Source of the DNA: Octopus sinensis
Lineage: Eukaryota
Assembly: GCF_006345805.1 (NCBI RefSeq)
Contig: NW_021829539.1
Coordinates: 1 to 5,982 of the forward strand
DNA length: 5,982 bases
Direction: 5' to 3'
In this document: piece after piece, positions 1-5,982 of the stretch
How positions within the stretch are numbered: position 1 is the first letter of the stretch
How the letters are laid out: each line of letters starts with the position of its first letter
Notes under the pieces: model-generated
Told to the model about the DNA's origin: nothing
Seen by the model: the letters and a program-made list of their open reading frames with translations, nothing else
Database searches by the model: none
Translations under genes and position numbers: made by a program

Positions 1-420
1 CTGAGTTGTCAACATTTAACCAAATTTTCTCAAAACAACTTGTCCAACGGTTCCATAGGCCTCCCCTTGTGAAACATGATTTAACCTAAATTTTGAGACA
101 CCAGCAAAAGAAGAAATAAAGATAGAATATTTTTCTATTCCAAAGAAAAACGATTTTATTCATATAAATATGCAACCGAAGAGTTTAAAGTACCAGTAAT
201 GATAAGGCTGTTGACTGGGAGAACACAAACATGGTTTAAACAGTAAGCTTGGAAAGAAACGTGCCTTTAAGCAGTACAAAAACAACAAAAAATGGAAGGT
301 GCAGTTATGTACTGGTTGACGGATGAAAAGCAGGACAAAAACGGCTTTATCGATCGCATGCTCACCTAGAATCGATTTTTGTAATATTTTCAAGACTTAT
401 ACACGACCTGATACTGTCGG

Positions 421-520
421 TATCTACATATCAAATTTGAGCGCAATCGGATGGAGGATGCCCGAGATCCGAGAAGACACACACAGACAGACAGAACGGA
501 TTTTATATAATATATGTATA
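421..520 (-). mobile_element. Probable 5' end of a non-autonomous Helitron-like element carrying a (GTCT)n microsatellite
   Basis: The minus strand reads ..TATATTATATAAAATCCGTTCTGTCTGTCTGTGTGTGTC..CCGATTGCGCTCAAATTTGATATGTAGATA. This matches the layout I recall for Lep1-type invertebrate Helitron 5' ends (TATATATAAAA, then GTCT repeats, then CCGAT..CAAATTT). The TC terminus is not recognisable inside the TA array, and no hairpin+CTAG 3' end was found, so the extent is uncertain. Confidence 0.4.
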
Positions 521-618
521 TGTATATATATATAAATATATTATATATATTATATATATATATATTTATGTATATATATATGTATATACATACATACATC
601 ATACATACATACATACAT
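504..618. repeat. Compound (TA)n/(TACA)n microsatellite
   Basis: Directly visible interrupted TA run followed by TACA units. Confidence 0.95.
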
Positions 619-941
619 ATTGCAAAATGTGTAGCATGCATATTAATGCATGCATGTAAAATAGTTTCTTATACACTAAAATTATTACTACATGACGAAG
701 GGTGCAAAACGGCCATAATCTTAAGGAGGTCAAGTGGTTAAATCAAATCTTCACCTCTCATACCTCTTGACATTTTATGATTTATATATTCCACATGAAA
801 TAATCTCTACGATTGGACTTCCTGGATTTCAGCTGCCTGGAACTCTGCATCATATTCCACTGTACTGGATTGCGATGTTGTATGTTAGTCAGATCTGGCG
901 GAGGAGCTTCCTGTGATAGCCACATGATTCCATGCCACACG

Positions 942-979
<38 letters not shown>

Positions 980-1080
980 GTATATGAATACATGCACACA
1001 CACACCACCACCACCACCACCACCATACACACACCACACACACCACAAACCACACACCACAACGCACATATATATATATG
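942..1080. repeat. Compound microsatellite (AT)n-(ATGT)n-(CA)n-(CCA)n-degenerate (CA)n-(AT)n
   Basis: Directly visible. Confidence 0.95.
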
Positions 1081-1434
1081 TACGTATAATATGAGTTAGA
1101 GGTTAGACAACCATCTAAGGGATAATATATATCCAATATACTATTGGAGGGATACTTAGTTATATTTAAAGGCTACTGTTGCAAGGTAATAGTACAAATG
1201 AATTGTAGGTACAAGTGGAGGTAAACGAAAGTTTATCCATATTTTATATAAGGCAAGGAAGAAAATAGAGAAGAGATTCAATTGACACACATCATTAGGA
1301 GCTATTTATTAATTACAATCATGTGACTACATAAATAAATAAATAAAAATAAATGAATACAACTATACTCTTACAGCTGTTTGTACTTCGGGGGTCCAGC
1401 TTGCCAACGTTGAAACCTCATACAAAAATATAGT

Positions 1435-1566
1435 CAAAAATTGTACAAAAATTGAACAAAAATTGAACAAAAATTGAACAAAAATTGAACAAAAATTGAA
1501 CAAAAATTGAACAAAAATTGAACAAAAATTGAACAAAAATTGAACAAAAATTGAATAAAAATTGAA
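1435..1566. repeat. 11-bp minisatellite, 12 units of CAAAAATTGAA
   Basis: One CAAAAATTGTA unit, 10 perfect CAAAAATTGAA units, one TAAAAATTGAA unit (132 bp = 12 x 11). A degenerate unit CAAAAATATAGT lies at 1423-1434. Confidence 0.98.
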
Positions 1567-1632
1567 GCCCAAAGATTCATCTGAGAGTCTATAATGGTCA
1601 GAATTAAACAAGTAAAAAAATAAAATAATACA

Positions 1633-1729
1633 ACGGCGGGCTTCTTTCGGTTTCCATCTGCCAAATCCACTCACAAAGTTTGGTTGGCTCGAGGCTTTAG
1701 TAGAAGGCTTTTGCCCAAAGTGCCACGCA
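1633..1729 (-). mobile_element. Headless internal fragment of a tRNA-derived SINE (octopus-type, MIR/CORE-like GGGCAA motif)
   Basis: The minus strand reads TGCGTGGCACTTTGGGCAAAAGCCTTCTACTAAAGCCTCGAGCCAACCAAACTTTGTGAGTGGATTTGGCAGATGGAAACCGAAAGAAGCCCGCCGT. This closely resembles the body of a very abundant octopus SINE as I recall it. The A/B-box head is absent and replaced by (TA)n. Confidence 0.65.
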
Positions 1730-1741
1730 TATATATATATA

Positions 1742-1789
<48 letters not shown>

Positions 1790-1895
1790 ATATATATGGT
1801 GTGTGTGGTGTGTGTGTTGTGTGTGTGTGTATGCATGTTCGTATGTATGTATGTGTTTGTGTGCGCGTGCGTGTGTACGTGCGTTTGTGTTTGTT
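1729..1895. repeat. (AT)n followed by degenerate (GT)n/(ATGT)n/(GC)-interrupted microsatellite
   Basis: Directly visible. Confidence 0.95.
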
Positions 1896-2020
1896 TGCTT
1901 GAAATAGCAGCGAAGTCTGTCTTTAATCTTAGTCTTCCATGTCCAAATGAGGGCTAATTCAAAACAGATTTTCTAATTCTTTATAACGTATTAGACTCGC
2001 CGACCCAGTTTAGGCTTAGG

Positions 2021-2158
2021 AAGATGCTCACGGCTGGAATGTCTTTGGCCACAAGTCTATTCACTGGAGACATATCTGAAGCTAAATAGCAACAACAACA
2101 GCAGCAGCAGCAACAATAACAACAACAACAACAACAGCTACAGCAGTAATAATAGCAA
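2021..2158 (+). mobile_element. Possible old 5'-truncated retroposon 3' end with (CAA/CAG)n tail
   Basis: CACGGCTGGAATGTCTTTGGCCACAAGTCT...GAAGCTAAATAGCAACAACAAC resembles a CAA-tailed octopus retroposon 3' end from memory, and it runs directly into a trinucleotide tail. The match is diverged and unverified. Confidence 0.35.
2089..2158. repeat. Degenerate (CAA/CAG/TAA)n trinucleotide microsatellite
   Basis: Directly visible. Confidence 0.9.
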
Positions 2159-2262
2159 CCACTGCACATCGGAGAAATGTTATATATTTGCAATGCTACT
2201 CTCTTGTAGGGCATTATGAAATGAGTTCGGATTAAAAACTGTAACATCGGGACTTCCCTTTG

Positions 2263-2342
2263 ACTGTTGCTGCTGGTAATGCTGCGGGTGATATTGATGC
2301 TGCTGTTGCTGCTGTTCCCGTGGCATACATTGTTGTTGTTTT
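2263..2342. repeat. Degenerate (TGC/TGT)n microsatellite, i.e. CAG/CAA on the minus strand
   Basis: Directly visible; opposite orientation to 2089-2158. Confidence 0.8.
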
Positions 2343-2597
2343 TCAGTTGACGCCGTGACCTATTGGACTTTCCCAGCTCATCACGTTTCATTGCTTACAA
2401 AACAAAAATCAATAGAAACACACACACACACATAGACATAGGCGTAAAACATATTCATTGATAAGCACACAAATATTTATTGATTTTTACTTGCTATATG
2501 TTTTTATATATATATATGTATATATATACGTAGGAGTATATGTATATACAGATACACACACACGCGCAATCAGGAGGTAAAGAGTCAGAGGTATTAG

Positions 2598-2742
2598 GAG
2601 AAGAAGAAGAGTAATTGGAAGAAGAAGAAGAAGAAGAAGGAGGAGGAGGAGGAGAAGAAGAAGAAAAAGTGGAAGAAAAGAAGAAAAATTAGAAGAAGAA
2701 GAAGAAGAAGAAGCAGAGGAAGTAGAAGAAGATGAAGAAGAA
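2598..2742. repeat. Degenerate (GAA/GGA)n purine tract, the (CTT)n tail of the adjacent minus-strand SINE
   Basis: Directly visible; abuts the SINE 3' end GAGACCATT. Confidence 0.9.
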
Positions 2743-2938
2743 TGGTCTCATATTTAGGCACAAGGCCAGTAGTTTCGGAGGTGGAAGAGGTAAGATGATT
2801 ACATCAATCCCAGTATCTAACTGGTACTTAATTTATCGACCCAGAAATTCGGCGGAATTTTAACTAGGATCGTCAAGGCGGACGAAATTCCGCCAAGCAT
2901 TTAGCCCGGCGTGCTAACGATTCTGCCAGCTCGCAGCT
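2741..2938 (-). mobile_element. Near full-length tRNA-derived SINE with internal deletion
   Basis: Minus strand: A-box-like TGGCAGAATCG (2928-2918), mutated B-box GTTAAAATTC (2864-2855), then GGGTCGATAAATTAAGTACCAGTT and GGCCTTGTGCCTAAA, homologous to the copies at 5635-5982. About 20 bp of the central GGTCGACTTTGCCTTTCATCC block present in those copies is missing here. Confidence 0.85.
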
Positions 2939-2942
2939 TTTG

Positions 2943-3126
<184 letters not shown>

Positions 3127-3127
3127 G

Positions 3128-3977
3128 AAGAAGGTCGACTTGTGTAGGATAGAAAATTGCAAAGATAAAGCACTGTACAAGCACTTCAGAATGAATGAGA
3201 CTGAAAATAGGTGGATAAAGAAAAGAATGCATGGTCAATTTCATAGGGATGTTGAAGATACGACAGACAGAGAAAAAAGATGGCTGCGGATGACTAAAAG
3301 TGATTTAAAACCGGAAACGGGGTCTCTAAACTGTGCTGCCCCAAAGCAAGCACTAAGAACAAACTACATAAAATACAGAATAGACAACACAGCAGAAAGT
3401 GATAAGTGCAGAATCTGTGGACAAAACGGTGAACCCGTGTGGCATATTACCAGCCAAAATATGCCACTAGCCCAGAAAAAATATAAGAGACGTCACGACA
3501 ATATAACAAGGATTATCCATTTGATACTTTGCAACAAGTATGGATTTGACAGAGCAAAAAATTGGTACGAACATAAACCCGAAGGCATCATCAAAAATTG
3601 TGATACAAATATCCTATGGGATTTTTTTGATTCAGTGCGACCATGAGATAGAGAATAGGAAACAAGACATTGTGTTAATTGAGATAGAAAGCAAACTATG
3701 CTGGACCATAGATATAGCATGTCCATCTGACAACAAAGTATGTGATAAGGAAGAAAGAAAAGTCGAGAGATATGACAGGTTAGCTTGGGAAGTTAAGCAG
3801 ATGTGGTCGATGAAAAAGGTGGCAGTAGTACCAATACTTGTCGGAGCCCTGGGAACAGTGAGTAAAAATCTTGAGAAGTACGTGGAACAAACAGGGACTG
3901 CAATAAGGGTGGAGCACTTGCAGAAAACAGCACTGCTTGGAACCGCTCGAATACTCCGGAAGGTGCTCGAAAAATAA
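3128..3977 (+). pseudogene. Disrupted ORF C-terminus (zinc knuckle + RLE endonuclease) of the R4/Dong-like element
   Basis: Track ORFs 3140-3646 and 3540-3977 join as ..ILWDF/LIQCDHEIENRKQDIVLIE.. if one T is removed from the T7 run at 3622-3628. The last CCHC Cys position is Asn (AAT 3458-3460) and the PD motif reads QD (CAA 3663-3665). RHD is at 3491-3499 and the stop TAA at 3975-3977. Confidence 0.9.
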
Positions 3978-4058
3978 GGGGTGTTACCTTAGTTCATTGG
4001 TAGTGAGCAGCTGACACCGTAGTATATCTCCAGCGTTAGGAGCTGAGCAATGGCAATA
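3128..4058 (+). mobile_element. 5'-truncated non-LTR retrotransposon with restriction-like endonuclease (R4/Dong-like clade)
   Basis: The translation shows the post-RT C-terminus typical of R4/Dong/Rex6: MHGQF, LKPET..AA..QALRTN, C-X2-C-X8-H knuckle, RHD, ILWDF, (P)D..D, K..Y, VPILVGALG, LQK.ALLGTARILRKVL. It is followed by an ~80-bp 3' UTR and a trinucleotide tail. The RT domain is absent. Confidence 0.9.
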
Positions 4059-4061
4059 CTG

Positions 4062-4119
<58 letters not shown>

Positions 4120-4175
4120 TACCACCACCACCACCACCACCACCACCACCACCACCACCACCACCACCACCACTA

Positions 4176-4213
<38 letters not shown>

Positions 4214-4273
4214 ATAATAATAATAATAATAATGATAATAATAATGATAATAATAATTGCAACAACAACAACA
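4059..4273. repeat. Layered 3' tail microsatellite (CTA)17-(CCA)~19-(CTA)~13-(TAA/TGA)~15-(CAA)4
   Basis: CTA 4062-4112, CCA 4113-4172 (one CTA interruption), CTA 4173-4213 (one CA interruption), TAA 4212-4257, CAA 4260-4273. Confidence 0.95.
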
Positions 4274-4372
4274 GCCAGAAGTATAATAACGATTTTATTT
4301 TTAACGATTAGTAAATTATTAGGTTTATGTATTTGTTTTGTAAGATGCCTGATGCGAAATCGTTGAAAAAAG

Positions 4373-4667
4373 AAATGTTATATCTGTTGATGGTCGTTTT
4401 CTTTTTGTTGCCAAATAAACACACGTACTGTGCATTCGTTGTCCACTCCAGCTTTACTATTGTTCTTATTTTATGGACTAATTCGAACAGGAGGAGGTAC
4501 GTGGGATAGAGAGTCGCGGAAGAGGCCACATGATGTGTGACGAACGATTTAAGACGAAAAATAAAAATAACAGGAAACAAATGAAGAACGAATATATGAA
4601 GTGCGTGTGCTTATTTGGCGAAAACACATGGCCATCTCGAAATAGAACAACAGATTGGTACATTCGT
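4373..4667. repeat. Decayed long inverted repeat (MITE/foldback-like)
   Basis: 4408-4428 TTGCCAAATAAACACACGTAC versus the reverse complement of 4601-4621, TCGCCAAATAAGCACACGCAC (18/21). Collinear blocks ATCTGTTG (4382-4389)/CAACAGAT (4648-4655) and ATTCGTT (4434-4440)/AACGAAT (4587-4593) extend the arms. Confidence 0.55.
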
Positions 4668-4695
4668 TCATACATACACACATATACACATATGA

Positions 4696-4888
4696 GTTAG
4701 CCACTACACACATTGTTTTTCTCTCTTTGTTTCTCTCCTTGTTTTTTTTTTTGCTGTGTCCCTTTCTGTAGAAGAGCGTAGGCTCGAAACGTAAAAGACT
4801 TTTTCTATTCCCGAGTGTTATACTAATACATGTTTGTTTTGTACACCACCTGTCTTCGTCTTTTGTTTTTTCGTAAACTCTCCCTATA
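4696..4888 (+). mobile_element. Penelope-like pLTR/3'-end-derived non-autonomous unit, copy 1
   Basis: Direct repeat of 4907-5082. Contains a hammerhead-like motif, is T-rich and non-coding, and ends in CTCTCCC-TATATA. The Penelope assignment rests on the established link between minimal hammerheads and PLE pLTRs plus recalled similarity. Confidence 0.6.
4762..4797 (+). ncRNA. Degenerate minimal type I hammerhead ribozyme-like motif, copy 1
   Basis: CTTT-CTGTAGA-A-GAGC GTAG GCTC-GAAA-CGT-A-AAAG: helix I CTTT/AAAG, helix II GAGC/GCTC, palindromic ACGT helix III, GUA cleavage triplet ending at 4793. The core deviates from CUGANGA. Confidence 0.5.
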
Positions 4889-4906
4889 TATATGTCATGA
4901 TAGATC

Positions 4907-5082
4907 GTTAGCCACTACACACATTTTTTCTCTCCTTGTTTTTTCTGTGTCCCTTTCTGTAGATGAGCGTAGGCTCGAAACGTAAAAGACTTTTTCTATT
5001 CCCGAGCGTTATACTAATACATCTGTTTGTTTTGTACACCACCTGTCTTCGTTTTTTGTTTTTTTTCGTAAATTCTCCATAT
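4907..5082 (+). mobile_element. Penelope-like pLTR/3'-end-derived non-autonomous unit, copy 2
   Basis: Same start (GTTAGCCACTACACACATT) and body as copy 1, with several substitutions and small indels; ends TTCTCC-ATATA. Confidence 0.6.
4953..4988 (+). ncRNA. Degenerate minimal type I hammerhead ribozyme-like motif, copy 2
   Basis: CTTT-CTGTAGA-T-GAGC GTAG GCTC-GAAA-CGT-A-AAAG; GUA triplet ending at 4984. Confidence 0.5.
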
Positions 5083-5634
5083 AAGTAGACGTGTTTGTGT
5101 TCGTGTGTTTAGATTACCGTGTAAAAATATCTACATTGATTTCATTCAAACGTAATAAGTCTCACATACATTAAATACACTCAGGTTGTAGAGAAAATAT
5201 TTTCCGCCTTTTATCTTCATAATAGCCATTGTTACCTTTCCACTATTTATGTATCCAATTAGTAGCTAACTTGTCTGGCTTTTTTTGTATTAAAAATCCC
5301 ACGACCGTCGTCATGCATTCCAATTTACTTCGTGGTCTGGTAGCAATTTATCTTCTTACAAGAGCGATATGTTAATTGGTAAGTTCCATTTCTGAGCGTG
5401 CTTGTATTCCTCTTTCCTGTGAGGACATGAAGGGAAATGCAAAAAATAATCTATTTTTAAAGCCGTTATATCTTCACAATTAAATACAAATTTATTAAAT
5501 AATTCACAGTATTTATAAACAGGCAGTTTCTGCATGAATGCGCTTCGTCAGTACAGACAAATAGACAGATAACTCGTCTTCGTTCTAAATTAAAGAAGAA
5601 AGTAAGGTATAAAGAGGCGTCAGGAGAAAAATAT

Positions 5635-5810
5635 TAATAATATTCTTTTCTACCCTAGGCACAAGGCCCGAAATATTTGGGGAGGGTGGCCAGTCGATTA
5701 GATAGACTCTAGTATGCAACTGGTACTTAATTAATCGACCCCGAAAGGATGAAAGGCAAATTCGACCTCGGCGGAATTTAAACTCAGAACGTTGCGGCAG
5801 TCGAAATACC
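5635..5810 (-). mobile_element. tRNA-derived SINE monomer lacking the A-box (downstream half of an apparent dimer)
   Basis: The minus strand starts GGTATTTCGACTGCCGCAACGTTCTGAGTTTAAATTCCGCCGAGGTCGAATTTGCCTTTCATCCTTTCGGGGTCGATT and ends GGCCTTGTGCCTAGGGTAGAAAAGAATATTATT. Homologous to 2741-2938. Confidence 0.85.
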
Positions 5811-5982
5811 TATTTCTTTACTACCCACAAGGGACCAAATACAGAGAGGACAAACAAGAACAGACAAACGGATTAAGTCGATTATATCGACCCCAGTGCG
5901 TAACTGGTACTTATTTATCGACCCCGAAAGATGAAAGGCAAAGTCGACCTCGGCGGAATTTGAACTGAGAACGTAACGACGA
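5811..5982 (-). mobile_element. tRNA-derived SINE monomer (upstream half; head runs off the window)
   Basis: Minus strand: B-box-like GTTCAAATTC, the same central block, then a different 3' segment TCCGTTTGTCTGTTCTTGTTTGTCC...CCCTTGTGGGTAGTAAAGAAATA joined directly to the next monomer. Confidence 0.85.

Noticed and set aside
634-653. Palindrome GCATGCAT-ATTA-ATGCATGC
   Set aside because: Follows automatically from the self-complementary ATGC repeat.
833-879. Possible 47-bp exon (TTTCAG|...|GTATGT)
   Set aside because: Weak sites and no recognisable peptide.
893-940. Possible very degraded SINE head (CCACATGATTCC)
   Set aside because: Only ~11 bp of good similarity to a recalled consensus; insufficient.
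160-1136. Short ORFs in the first 1.1 kb
   Set aside because: No recognisable motifs; most overlap microsatellites or the Helitron-like repeat.
1220-1237. Hairpin GGTAAAC-GAAA-GTTTATC with a GNRA loop
   Set aside because: No upstream CUGANGA or other ribozyme context; short stems like this arise by chance.
1435-1566. CRISPR-like or iteron-like array
   Set aside because: No spacers, an 11-bp unit and a eukaryotic context; it is a plain minisatellite.
1363-1902. ORFs with repeated FVQFLFNFCSI and YIYI/CVCV runs
   Set aside because: Translations of the 11-bp minisatellite and dinucleotide repeats.
2855-2928. tRNA gene
   Set aside because: A/B-box-like motifs are present but there is no cloverleaf, and it continues into a SINE body.
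3622-3628. Programmed frameshift at the T7 run
   Set aside because: Related elements encode this region in one frame, and the shift needed is +1 with no stimulatory structure seen; mutation or sequencing error is simpler.
3978-4058. LINE 3' end as the partner tail of the local SINEs
   Set aside because: No visible similarity to any SINE 3' module, and the tails are opposite-sense (LINE AAT-type, SINE ATT-type).
5363-5384. Consensus splice donor TTG|GTAAGT at 5378/5379
   Set aside because: No convincing upstream acceptor plus open frame; a lone 7-mer is expected by chance.

Overview
AT-rich, microsatellite-dense eukaryotic non-coding DNA (intronic or intergenic). The repeat families resemble those I recall from Octopus genomes; this is inference, not a database result. 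I see no intact host gene, and nearly all ORFs in the track are microsatellite read-through. The one protein-like signal is 3128-3977: the C-terminal part (CCHC-type knuckle plus restriction-like endonuclease) of a 5'-truncated R4/Dong-type non-LTR retrotransposon. It is broken by a single +1 T and sits between (TAA)n-containing arrays. Other content: three copies or monomers of a tRNA-derived SINE (one apparent head-to-tail dimer), a fragment of a second SINE family, a probable non-autonomous Helitron end, an 11-bp phased A-tract minisatellite, and a decayed foldback element. The most interesting item is a tandem pair of ~190-bp Penelope-pLTR/retrozyme-like units (4696-5082), each carrying a degenerate minimal type I hammerhead ribozyme motif with a palindromic ACGT helix III, the architecture of dimer-acting hammerheads.
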